A stretch of DNA of 63,974 nt, filler included, from an uncultured Myxococcia bacterium (GTDB taxonomy: Bacteria; CAZTWC01), in NCBI GenBank assembly GCA_964617105.1. It is 18 parts of 18 records of this genome, joined end to end, with 100 filler letters (N's around TTAATTAATTAA, not from the genome) between each part and the next. Parts side by side here need not be neighbours in the genome. Positions count along the whole stretch, not along the records: positions 1 to 3,761 come from CAZTWC010000346.1; positions 3,862 to 7,619 come from CAZTWC010000347.1; positions 7,720 to 11,475 come from CAZTWC010000348.1; 15 more parts are not named here. One strand, written 5' to 3'. Shown here piece by piece: positions 1 through 9,516 of the stretch. Made by a program: the position numbers and the translations under genes. The notes beneath the pieces are model-generated. The model made no database searches and was not told where the DNA came from. It saw only the letters and a program-made list of their open reading frames with translations. How positions within the stretch are numbered: the stretch's first letter is position 1; every line of letters starts with the position of its first letter.

Positions 1-556
1 CTAAAAAACTGCCGAACAGACCACCAATCGCCCCTTCCCAACTCTTACCCGGACTTACTCGGGGAAATATCTTGTGTTTTCCCAAAGATCTGCCGCTAAA
101 ATAGGCGCAGGTATCATTTCCCCATACCAGGATAAAACTCAAATAGACCAGCAAATTTCCATGCTCCAACTCTCTCAGCCGAACCACAAAACTCAGTAGG
201 AAGGCCACATAAAAAAGAGACATGAAAGTCAAAGCCGCCCGGGAAATAGCCCCATCTATCTCCTGGTCTAAAAGCATGAATAGAGTCATTACCAGCAACA
301 ACATCCCCAATATTACCGCAAGGTAATATGGTTCCATATAAGGGCGGCTGAAAACTATTCCCAATATAATCCCCACAACAATAAAAAAAACTTTCAGCCA
401 CTGAAGTTTAAAAGTTTTGGCCATGGAAAAAAATTCCCACAAGCAGATGCCCATGGCAATGGCCGCCAGCATAGTAGTAAATATACCACCCAGGTGGATG
501 AGTAAAAGGATGCCCGGCAAAATAACTACGGCACTGATGATTCTCTGTTTCAGCAA
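1..556 (-). CDS. cdsA: Phosphatidate cytidylyltransferase (runs off window start)
   Basis: Not in the ORF track. Hand translation from TTG at 556 gives MLKQRIISAVVILPG...WGNDTCAYFSGRSLGKHKIFPRVSPGKSWEGAIGG, the CdsA signature. Lies directly downstream of uppS, the usual order. Confidence 0.93.
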   Translation of the reverse strand, partial: MLKQRIISAVVILPGILLLIHLGGIFTTMLAAIAMGICLWEFFSMAKTFKLQWLKVFFIVVGIILGIVFSRPYMEPYYLAVILGMLLLVMTLFMLLDQEIDGAISRAALTFMSLFYVAFLLSFVVRLRELEHGNLLVYLSFILVWGNDTCAYFSGRSLGKHKIFPRVSPGKSWEGAIGGLFGSFL

Positions 557-560
557 AACC

Positions 561-1307
561 TTACTCCTCCTTTCCAAAGCGGCGGCAGCGATTGGAATAA
601 TCTAATAACGCCTGATATAACAGTTGGCGGTTGAAATCGGGCCACAACTCCGAGGTGAAATAAAACTCAGAATAAGCCGCCTGCCACAACATGAAGTTGC
701 TCAACCGCTTTTCTCCACTGGTTCTGATAATTATGTCCGGGTCAGGCAATCCAGCGGTAAAAAGTTGTTCATTGATGATATTTTCATCAATATTCTGGGG
801 TTTGATCTTTCCTTTTCGGGCTAACTCAGCAATATTTTTAACGGCCCGAACTAATTCCTGGCGGGAGCCGTAACTGAGGGCCAGGGTTAACACCATTTTT
901 TGATTGAGCAGAGAATCCTTTAACAGCCTTTTTAACAATGGTAAGACAAAAGAGGGTAGTTTTTCGATAAATCCAGCGGTTCGCAACTGAATTTGGTTCT
1001 CCATTATCTCCTTCCGTTCCTCCAGTATATAGCGGTGCAGCAACTCCATTAGAGTAGCCACCTCCTTGGGAGAACGAGCCCAGTTTTCCTCTGAAAAAGC
1101 ATACAATGTCAAATTCTTGATCCCCCACTCCCTGGCCGCCCGTACTATATCCCGCACCACTTCCCCACCACGCCTATGTCCTTCTGTTCGTGGAAGTCCT
1201 CGTTTCTTAGCCCACCTGCCGTTGCCATCCATTATGATGGCCACATGTTTAGGCAATTTAAGTCCGGTCAAATCAAAGTCTTTATTTTTATCCTGGGTTT
1301 GATCCAT
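561..1307 (-). CDS. uppS: Undecaprenyl diphosphate synthase (isoprenyl transferase)
   Basis: Motifs PKHVAIIMDGNGRWA, LYAFSEENWARS and IRTSGEKRLSNFMLWQAAYSE. Start placed at MDQTQ (1307) after GAGGG; the ORF track extends to 1370. Confidence 0.96.
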   Translation of the reverse strand: MDQTQDKNKDFDLTGLKLPKHVAIIMDGNGRWAKKRGLPRTEGHRRGGEVVRDIVRAAREWGIKNLTLYAFSEENWARSPKEVATLMELLHRYILEERKEIMENQIQLRTAGFIEKLPSFVLPLLKRLLKDSLLNQKMVLTLALSYGSRQELVRAVKNIAELARKGKIKPQNIDENIINEQLFTAGLPDPDIIIRTSGEKRLSNFMLWQAAYSEFYFTSELWPDFNRQLLYQALLDYSNRCRRFGKEE

Positions 1308-1314
1308 TTTTCCC

Positions 1315-2232
1315 TCATTCAACATTTTGTCCCTGTTCCCGCAACTTTTCCAGCAACACCTTAATCTCAAACAGGATATTTTTTACCGGCAACTGGTCGG
1401 TCTTGGCTCCAATGGTATTGGCCTCTCTTACCATCTCCTGGATAATAAAATCTAGTTTCTTGCCCATGGGCCCATTGATATTCAAGGTATCTTCAAACTG
1501 CTGCAGGTGACTCTCCAGTCGAACCACCTCTTCATTTATATCGGTTCGCGACACCAGATGCGCCACCTCCTGCATCAGCCGGTCCTGATCTATGGCCGGA
1601 AGATTAAACTTTTCCAAAGTGGTTCTGACTTTTTTAGCGGCCTCTTGTTCAAAACTTTGAGCCATACCAATAATTTGCCCCACCTTCTCTTTCATCTCTT
1701 GTAGATGAAATTTAAAATCTTTTGACAAGAGTTCACCTTCCCGGCGACGAGATTCTTTTATTTGCACTAAAGCCTGGTCCAGCAGTTTAACTAAGTGCCC
1801 ATCCAAATTGGAACTCTCTGGTTCCTCATATTGCAAAACCCCTTCCAGATGCATTAGATCGATAGGACCTGGAATACGTTCCCGATTTTTACCGTGACCA
1901 GGACATTCTCCTCTATGCCCAAATCCTTTATTCACCATTACATCAGACAATTGCGAGATAATTTGCAAATATTGCCCGGCCATCTCTTTATTAAGGACAG
2001 GATTACTTTTTTTGGGAGAATTGGTACTGAGATTGAGAAAAATATCTATCCGGCCCCGGGATATTTTCTCTTTGACAGCCTGAATGAATTTTATCTCTAC
2101 TGGTTGCAGATTCAACGGCAGCCGGCAACGAATATCCAAATAGCGGTGGTTTACCGATTTTATCATCAAAGTATATTCTGTCTGGTCAATAAGTTTTTGC
2201 GAGCGGCCAAAACCGGTCATGCTGTTGATCAT
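1315..2232 (-). CDS. yicC: YicC/YloC family endoribonuclease
   Basis: N-terminal MINSMTGFGR and KSVNHRYLDI; C-terminal DINEEVVRLESH, GKKLDFIIQEMVREANTIGAK and REQGQNVE. Confidence 0.94.
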   Translation of the reverse strand: MINSMTGFGRSQKLIDQTEYTLMIKSVNHRYLDIRCRLPLNLQPVEIKFIQAVKEKISRGRIDIFLNLSTNSPKKSNPVLNKEMAGQYLQIISQLSDVMVNKGFGHRGECPGHGKNRERIPGPIDLMHLEGVLQYEEPESSNLDGHLVKLLDQALVQIKESRRREGELLSKDFKFHLQEMKEKVGQIIGMAQSFEQEAAKKVRTTLEKFNLPAIDQDRLMQEVAHLVSRTDINEEVVRLESHLQQFEDTLNINGPMGKKLDFIIQEMVREANTIGAKTDQLPVKNILFEIKVLLEKLREQGQNVE

Positions 2233-2762
2233 ATCTGCTCCTTTAGTTGAGCATGAAACCCTGAACGGGCCTGTTTAAAAAAATCTCTCACTTTCGGTTC
2301 CGAATAATCGCGAAAAGTCCAGGGGTTGGGTTGGTAATCCCCCTTAGTGTAGATCAGAGTTAAGTCAGCGAATATCCCCTTGCCAAGGTGTATCCGGTGA
2401 GTAAAATTTTTACTGGTGGCTAAAATTAAATTCTCCAGACAAAAATAGCCAGGGTCAATGTTCAGCCGCCGGCAGCCATTACTCTCAGCCCATTTCTCTT
2501 CTAAATCATTGGTCTTAATCTTGGTCTCCACTAAAAAATCGGTGGGCAGTAAAGGCTGAAAAATCACAAACTTTCTCTTTAAATTGGCGCCAAGCTCTTT
2601 TTCATAATAGGTGGTGTAATCAAAATCCCATAGAGGACTAACTGTTTCCCTGGGACCGATAATCTCTTCCAGCATTTGAAAAACCGGTTCAAATAGTTCT
2701 TCTTCTCCAGTTAATATGCTGGCAAAATATTTTTTGGGATTTGGAACTGTTATTTTACCCAT
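2229..2762 (-). CDS. DUF4416 family protein
   Basis: Motifs TTYYEKELG, RRLNIDPGY, LATSKNFTHRIHLGKGIFADLTL and PWTFRDY; this family commonly sits next to yicC. Confidence 0.82.
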   Translation of the reverse strand: MGKITVPNPKKYFASILTGEEELFEPVFQMLEEIIGPRETVSPLWDFDYTTYYEKELGANLKRKFVIFQPLLPTDFLVETKIKTNDLEEKWAESNGCRRLNIDPGYFCLENLILATSKNFTHRIHLGKGIFADLTLIYTKGDYQPNPWTFRDYSEPKVRDFFKQARSGFHAQLKEQI

Positions 2763-3258
2763 TATCTTTTTTTTCCATCTGCGCAATCATCTCCAAAATC
2801 TCAGTGGAAGAGTGATCTTTGGGATCACCGGCAATTCTTACCTGCCCACCGTATTTTTCAACTATTGGCGCCTCAGGCACCGTGTCTTCCCGATAATCGG
2901 TGCCCTTGACCTGGAAATCGGGCCGCAAAATTTTTATCACCCTCTCTACGGTATTTTCATTAAATAGGGTCAAGTAATCCACCATCTCCAAAGAGGATAA
3001 GAGTTCTATCCGCTCCGTTTCCGGAACCACCGGTCTTCCCTCTCCCTTGTTACGGCGAGTTGAATTATCACTGTTTACCGCCACCACCAAGAGGTCGGCC
3101 AGTTCTCTGGCCCCGGCCAGATATCTGATATGTCCCACATGTAAAAGATCGAATACGCCATTGGCCAGGGCAATCTTTTTCCCTTTTTTTCGCTCAGTTT
3201 CAAGTATATCTTTTAATTGGGGCAAAGTTTTGAATTTATCCAGTCCCATATCTACCAA
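2755..3258 (-). CDS. rfaE2: D-glycero-beta-D-manno-heptose 1-phosphate adenylyltransferase (RfaE domain II)
   Basis: Motifs NGVFDLLHVGHIRYL (HxGH), VAVNSD, KGEGRPV and KGTDY. Confidence 0.9.
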   Translation of the reverse strand: MVDMGLDKFKTLPQLKDILETERKKGKKIALANGVFDLLHVGHIRYLAGARELADLLVVAVNSDNSTRRNKGEGRPVVPETERIELLSSLEMVDYLTLFNENTVERVIKILRPDFQVKGTDYREDTVPEAPIVEKYGGQVRIAGDPKDHSSTEILEMIAQMEKKDNG

Positions 3259-3265
3259 TATCCTC

Positions 3266-3761
3266 CTATGCTTGATCAGCTAATATGGCTCTTTTAATCT
3301 CCTTGGTTGTTACTGTAGCCGCTCCTGCTTTCATTACCACCTGGCTGGCAGCATAATTGGCAATATAAGCCGCCTGGGAGATGGTGTGCCCAGTACAGAG
3401 AGATAGTAAAAAAGTGGTAACTACCGTATCGCCCGCGCCGGTGACATCGGTGACTTCATCACTGCCGAAAATAGGGATGGATAAATCAGTGCCATCAGCA
3501 TGAAAAAGCATCATCCCCTTTCTGCCCCGGGTAAGCAAAGTATAGGCAGGATCGGTTCTGGCCATAAGGTCAGACGCCGCTTTTGCCGCATCTTCACTAC
3601 TGTGTAGACTGCGTGCACAGGCATTGCCTAACTCTTCCTCGTTGGGAGTCAAAGCGTAAACCTGTTTATAATCATTTAGGTTAAAACGGGAATCCACGCA
3701 TATAAAACGCCGATCTGGGCTATCCCACCCGGCTTGCGCCTCCTTGGCCGCCAGGGAGTTG
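3266..3761 (-). CDS. rfaE1: PfkB-family heptose 7-phosphate kinase (RfaE domain I), 5' truncated by contig end
   Basis: Motifs LTPNEEE, TRGRKGM and DVTGAGDTV; adjacent to rfaE2. Confidence 0.85.
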
Positions 3762-3861
3762 NNNNNNNNNNNNNNNNNNNNNNNNNNNNNNNNNNNNNNN
3801 NNNNNTTAATTAATTAANNNNNNNNNNNNNNNNNNNNNNNNNNNNNNNNNNNNNNNNNNNN
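3762..3861. other. Artificial contig spacer (N-run/TTAATTAATTAA/N-run, 100 bp), first of 17
   Basis: Same spacer at 7620, 11476, 15323, 19165, 22842, 26504, 30165, 33797, 37386, 40956, 44516, 48075, 51609, 55125, 58613 and 62028 (start positions). The 12-mer supplies stop codons in all six frames. Confidence 0.99.
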
Positions 3862-3920
3862 CCCGAAAACTCTTTTTGGCTTCTACCCGTAAAAAAGTTT
3901 TCCATTTTGTTTCTATACCA

Positions 3921-5279
3921 TCAGATATATTCATTTATTTGGGTTTCCTTTTTAGTTATTTTGGTATCGGAATTTTCCAGGTCTGTAAGGATAATCTTTG
4001 ATTTCATCAGAAAAATATACAATAGCGGAAAGAGGTGGAAGGTCAGTAAAAGGCCCACTAAAATATCACAGAAAGACCATATGGCTGCCACTGGAACCAA
4101 CGGTCCCATAAAGGTCATGACCAATAAAAAAAGGCGGAAAGAACGGGGATTTTCTCCACCCAGATAGAGGAAACAGCGTTCTGTATAATAGGAGTAGGTA
4201 ACAATAGTGGTAAATGCAAAAACTATTAGGCTGGCAGTATAGATAACCTGGCCCAAAATTCCCAGTCCGTTTTCAAAAGCCTGAGCGGTCAGGTAAGCAC
4301 CGGTGTTTTGCTGCCAGGGTGAAAGCGATAAAATCACCAGTCCGGTAAGAGTGCAGACAATCACTGTGTCCACCACCGGAGTTATAGTTGACATTATGGC
4401 CCCATTGGCCGGATGGTCCTCATTGGAACCCTGTAAAAAAGGGCTGATACCTGTGCCGGAATTGTGGGAAAATATTCCCCGCGACAGGCCAAACTGCATG
4501 GCCTGGAATACGGAATAGCCCACTACACCTCCCACAGCGGCATAGGGAGTAAATGCGTAATAAATAACCATTCCTAAAGATTCTATGGCTTTTAATGGAT
4601 TAAAAAGCAAAATCAGCAATGCGGCACCCACATAGAGAAGTATCATCCAGGGAGCGATGGCAGAGGAAAATTCCACTATTCTTTTCAATCCCCCCAAAAT
4701 TACCGCTGCCACCACAGCCGTTATTACTAAGGCAGTTATTATATCGGGAATGTCAAACCGATTATTCAAGGCATGAGATACGGAATTTGACTGAATTACG
4801 TTTCCCAGAATTACTCCATTAGCCAGAATCAACCCGGCCACAGTTGGAATAAGCCAGCGCCAGGAACCTGGTTTTATATGTTTTTCCAAATAAACCATGG
4901 GAGTGGCAAAGAGATTGGAATTGGTGTCAGCGGGACGGTATTTAATGGAAAGATAGGTGGCAATCATCCTGAAACTCATTCCTAACAGGGCTGATACACA
5001 CATCCAAAACAGGGCCCCTGGTCCACCCAGGTGAATCGCAGTGCCCACTCCAGCCAGGTTGCCAATACCTACCGTTGCCGCCACGGAAGAAAAAAAACCT
5101 TTTCTATGGGAAACTAGCCTTTTATCGTAATCAGTGATGTCATCTTTGAGAACAATTTTTAACGCCAGAAAACTTTTCCGCCAGGCCACCAGTCTGGTGA
5201 GCCAGAGAAAAACAACTCCCAATATCAGATACATCAAGCAAAATACCGGATTCCATAACCATTGGGCTAATGTGTTCAT
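3921..5279 (-). CDS. Alanine/glycine:cation (Na+/alanine) symporter, AGCS family
   Basis: Motifs AATVGIGNLAGVGTAIHLGGPGALFWM, QSNSV, GLSRGIFS and VDTVIVCTLTGLVI; many hydrophobic segments. Confidence 0.9.
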   Translation of the reverse strand: MNTLAQWLWNPVFCLMYLILGVVFLWLTRLVAWRKSFLALKIVLKDDITDYDKRLVSHRKGFFSSVAATVGIGNLAGVGTAIHLGGPGALFWMCVSALLGMSFRMIATYLSIKYRPADTNSNLFATPMVYLEKHIKPGSWRWLIPTVAGLILANGVILGNVIQSNSVSHALNNRFDIPDIITALVITAVVAAVILGGLKRIVEFSSAIAPWMILLYVGAALLILLFNPLKAIESLGMVIYYAFTPYAAVGGVVGYSVFQAMQFGLSRGIFSHNSGTGISPFLQGSNEDHPANGAIMSTITPVVDTVIVCTLTGLVILSLSPWQQNTGAYLTAQAFENGLGILGQVIYTASLIVFAFTTIVTYSYYTERCFLYLGGENPRSFRLFLLVMTFMGPLVPVAAIWSFCDILVGLLLTFHLFPLLYIFLMKSKIILTDLENSDTKITKKETQINEYI

Positions 5280-5293
5280 TGGCTAAACCCCTT

Positions 5294-5590
5294 TTATTCG
5301 GCCTGAGTATCTTGTAGATAAAGTCTAATCTCTTTTGAACTCAACAGGGTCAGGTTCCCTTCAAGTTGCCTTTGACGAATTAATTGGGCAAAATCGTTGA
5401 CTTTCTCTTTTTGGGCAAAAGTTCCTTTAAGCCTTATCACCGAATAAGCGATACAGCGTCCAAGGTAAGCGGCTGACTTGCCAGAGTATTTTATCCCTTC
5501 GCCGACTTGTACGGCGCTATATTCTATTCCCAAAACAGTATAGCCGGTTGTTTTTCCCAGTGCCTTAAAAGTATTGTCAAAAAAACTCAT
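5294..5590 (-). CDS. Hypothetical protein (98 aa) with GKTTGYT motif
   Basis: Co-oriented ORF filling the gap between the HEAT protein and the symporter; shares a motif with the N-terminus of the upstream protein. Confidence 0.65.
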   Translation of the reverse strand: MSFFDNTFKALGKTTGYTVLGIEYSAVQVGEGIKYSGKSAAYLGRCIAYSVIRLKGTFAQKEKVNDFAQLIRQRQLEGNLTLLSSKEIRLYLQDTQAE

Positions 5591-5661
5591 AAATATTCCT
5601 AATCAGTAATAGTCTTTAACATTTGTATCTATTTGATTTTCCTTGTCAGATGCTTATCTTC

Positions 5662-6844
5662 CTATTCCAAATCATCATCTTTTCGATAAAGCCACCATTT
5701 TTTTAATTCTTCTACCTTTTTTGCGGTTTCTCCGGGCTCCAGGCCAGTATCAAAATCTATAGTTTTACCGGTAATGCATTTAACTGCCTGAAAAATACTT
5801 AACATCAATTCTGGATTTGCAGTGGGTAATTCCCTAATGAGCGGAAAAACCGTGGAGGGATCACATATAGAGGCAAGAGCCGTAACAGCCTGAGATCTAA
5901 TTTGCGGATCTACATCCTTTTGAGTTACTTGTAAAATAGCGGAAGTAGCTTTTTTCACCCTTTTCCAACCTAATAAAGTTATTGCCGTTTTTCTAACGTC
6001 CCGGCTAGGGTCCTTAAGGCGGCTGATCATCTCATCATCACAGTTGGCGGAGCCAAATTTGTATAGCCCCTTTAGTGCGGCAATTCGAACCCGGCTGGAT
6101 GAATCATTAATATAGTTTCGGAAAATATCGTCTGAACCAACTTCATCCAGCAGAATCAATGCATTTAGAATATCGGCAACAAGAGGTTTACTATGATAAA
6201 ATTTAAGTGATTCCTGTAGGATTGGAATAGCGCGATTACCGCCTATCCTACCCAGTTCGGCGATAGCCTGGCAACAGATTTTTTCATCCCGATCAATTAT
6301 ATCGAAAGTTGCTTTGGAAAAGAGTTCTTTATCCGCCTTATTGAGAAATTTTTCTTTACGTACTGTCTTTTGGATAAATTTCTTCAGACTTTCGGAACCA
6401 TTGACACAGTCGGCAGGATCTTTTTTTTTTCCCCTCTGTCTGGAGGTTTTGATCTTGGTTATTTTTGATTTCAGTTGTCTTACCTGATTAACCATAGAGA
6501 TTATTTGATCGTCCTTCAGCGCTTCTTCATCTGAAGAAAATTTCTGCCGTTTTAGACCTATTTCAGCGAAGATTTCCTGACGATGCTCTTCAAGTAATTT
6601 TATTTCAACTTCCCATTGTTCTACTTCTTGCTTTTTGGAAACTTTAAATCCACCAGTAAGGAGCGCAGTTTTCTCATCAGCACNNNNNNNNNNTAGCCCC
6701 AATAGCGGCACGATTAGTATAGCCTACAGTTTTACCGGTAGTTTTAATAAACAAAACGCTCGAGTCGGTTAAGGAGTCCGTCATTTTGTCGGTAATCTTG
6801 TTAACCTTCTGTAAAAACTTATTTATTCTATCTTTTATTTTCAT
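5662..6844 (-). CDS. N-terminal coiled-coil plus HEAT-repeat protein (spans a 10-N scaffold gap at 6684-6693)
   Basis: HEAT/PBS-like repeats (ICCQAIAELGRIG, VRIAALKGLYKFG, DPSRDVRKTAITLLG, DPQIRSQAVTALASI). Track ORFs 5662-6711 and 6677-6931 are most simply one gene broken by the gap, starting MKIKDR at 6844. Confidence 0.75.
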
Positions 6845-7061
6845 CCTTTTTCCTGCTCCCAGCCAGGTCAAAACCATTTTTCCCTTTTTGGAATCCATCT
6901 TTAAAAGAGGACTCAACCACGTCAAAATCACCTTTAATATTCTGACAAACCTGTTTTATGGCAGAGTGGTCTTTGGCTTTCAGGTTTAGTATCCCAAATT
7001 GAACCAACAAGGTTAAAACCACAACACCAATAATAATGCCAATAATTATTCCTAAAATCAT
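6828..7061 (-). CDS. Small single-pass membrane protein (77 aa)
   Basis: N-terminal hydrophobic helix MILGIIIGIIIGVVVLTLLVQFG with GxxxG spacing; overlaps the start of the HEAT gene. Confidence 0.65.
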   Translation of the reverse strand: MILGIIIGIIIGVVVLTLLVQFGILNLKAKDHSAIKQVCQNIKGDFDVVESSFKDGFQKGKNGFDLAGSRKKDENKR

Positions 7062-7108
7062 AACCTTAAAACCTCATAAAAAAAATATACCTGCAGAAGT
7101 TGAAAACT

Positions 7109-7619
7109 TCATATCTCCTCTAAAGCGTCATTTTTGACTCTTTTGTACCACAATAAATGATGAGCCCTGGCCCATTCTTCTGGGACATAACCGGAAAGCA
7201 TGGACCTCAGGGAACCGGGGTTGGCTATCAACGCAATATAAATATGGGTAATAACACCGTTTAATAAAATATAGGCAAAAATATAATGAATTAGATGTGC
7301 CAGATTGGAGTAATCTGAACCAAAGGTATTATCACGAATAATCATAATTCCGGTAATTGCCAGCACCATTCCGGAAATAAACACAGACCAGAAAAACATT
7401 TTTTGCCCCGGGTTAAACCGGCCTACAGGAAATTCCATTTTGTTGGAGCGGGTATAGAAATAGCCGCCAAAATGTCTTACCCACTCTTTGTCATAATCGT
7501 CAAAATAAAAAACGTGTTTGAACCACTTGAACAGCAGCCACAGCAATGAAAAGGCAAAAACTGCGCCAATTATCACATGGATAACAACAAAGGGCTCCAG
7601 TTGCTTCAAATAAGAATTG
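7109..7619 (-). CDS. Cytochrome b, formate dehydrogenase gamma-subunit (FdnI/FdhC)-like, 5' truncated
   Basis: Motifs FGGY, GRFNPGQKMFFW, heme-ligand His in LIHYIFA and ITHIYIA, and GSLRSMLSGYVPEEWARAHH. Confidence 0.85.
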
Positions 7620-7719
7620 NNNNNNNNNNNNNNNNNNNNNNNNNNNNNNNNNNNNNNNNNNNNTTAATTAATTAANNNNNNNNNNNNNNNNNNNNNNNNN
7701 NNNNNNNNNNNNNNNNNNN

Positions 7720-9317
7720 AGAGTCTGGTTATTCAGCGGTTGACGAGTAATAAGCAATCGTTGATACCTGGTCAAACAATAACCAATTTGAATCTGATCC
7801 CGGGCCAAATCGCCACAACAAATCCCTTTTACTTCATGTCTTGCCGGTGAACGACCATCTACCTGGCAAACACCTTTTTCATGAATTTCATCAAGGTAAT
7901 CATCAAAAACTGAGGGGGTATCGACAGAGCAAAGATTCATTTGCTGAAGTTTAACGATCTCGAGTTGTTCAAAGAGTTGTTTCATTATTTTTTGGAAAGG
8001 CCTTTTATATCCGTTTTTACCTGCCTCAACTGAATCCAACTTCAAAAAATCGTTACAACTAACACTCAGCCAGGCCAAACCAATTCCAGACTGACCCCAA
8101 CTGTATTTTAAGAACCAATTGTTTAGTTTTTTTTGGATAACCTGCAATTTTTCTTTTGTCTGTTTGGTATTAGGGGCAACAATCAAAAATTTGCCGGCAG
8201 CATTGATCACCTGACTGGTTGGCGGCAATTCGAGTTCCTCTAACACTTTTAGTCCGGCACATTCAGTAAGTAAAGAGACATAGAAAGAGCGGCCGCGAAG
8301 TAATTTAGCGGCCATTTTTTGGGTTTGCCCGCCATTGGCAAAAATAAAATCCTGAATACCGAAAAAATCACCTTGAATCAGTAAAAACTTCTTTTGCCCC
8401 CAGTCATCCCGATTGCGCATATCAGGGACAACCTCTTCAGCCAAATTGCCACAATCATCGTGATAACGCCACAGGGCAGTGGCCAGAGCGGCAGTGGTCC
8501 GGGAATGGTCATAAAGTGAGACATCGGGTCGAACCCCAAAAGCGGTGGCAGAGGGGATAGCATGAGTATAAACACCCCAAATGGTTTCAAAATGATCAAG
8601 CCACAGGGTCAAATCTCTTTGATGGGATGTGGGTATCTTTTCCAGAGCGGTAAAAAAACTATCCCATAAAACCCGGTACTCTTGCTGGGCGGCTTTGGTA
8701 TCATCACCCTCGCACTCCTCAACTTCGACCGGAAAAATTGACTCCGGGGAGAGAGGTTTCAGTGGATAGCGGTAGATATCTTGCTGCTCACCAGGCTCTT
8801 TTTTTCTGTCGAGCCAAATTTTTTCCATCAGCGTGTATAGGCGGGTTGTATAGTGATTTTTACCCCCTTTTACATGATCTGGTGCCTGGTTGTATTTATC
8901 AAACTCCTCCCTGTCAAAACCAGAGGCCACCCGATCGGCAGTAGCAATAATCCACTGCAAATAACTGTCGGGATTATGATGCCTGGCGGCAGCATTGATC
9001 AGTGAATCATCGGCATCTTTGCTTTTCCAGTCAGAAAACGGCGACATATTATCACCCTTTAGATCTGGAAAACGGCTTTCAATAAGATCAATGGCAATTG
9101 CTGTGTAAGCTGAATGAATATGGGAATACCAGCCCCGATCATCAACATTTTTTTTGTGATGTTTACAGTAGAGTTGCTTGTTACTCTCAATGATTTCCAA
9201 GGTCGAGTCAAGACGCGCTCGCTCGGCAAATTTGCCCAAATCGTGCAGAAAAGCCGCCAGGGCAATCCTGGTTGACGGTAAAAGTTTACTCTTTGAGATA
9301 GTTGTTTGCTCGGTCAT
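7720..9317 (-). CDS. cas10: Type III-A CRISPR-associated Cas10/Csm1, 3' truncated by contig end
   Basis: HD nuclease domain (AAFLHDLGKF, AARHH, ADRVASG), DVSLYDHSRTTAA, and Palm1 region QGDFFGIQDFIF...LRGRSFYVSLL...AAGKFLIVAPNT. Confidence 0.94.
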
Positions 9318-9516
9318 AATCTTTGCACCATGGATAATTTGTTAGTGTGTAAATATGATTTATCAATATTTCTATCAGATTATGGGGTGGGTGTCCATTG
9401 ATAATTTGCTCAATTTACAGTATTTTTGCCGGGATATGATATTGGCGATAGTTGTTGCAGTTGGCAAACCCAGCCCCTGCTTCAGAATCAAAGGATTTTG
9501 GAAAAATACAATATTA

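Noticed and set aside
3762-3861. Recurring TTAATTAATTAA flanked by N-runs as a biological repeat
   Set aside because: Artificial contig spacer with stop codons in six frames; ORFs ending in X...N are artefacts of it.
9318-9516. CRISPR array or mini-array between csx1 and cas10
   Set aside because: No repeated 25-40 bp unit is visible here or elsewhere in the window.
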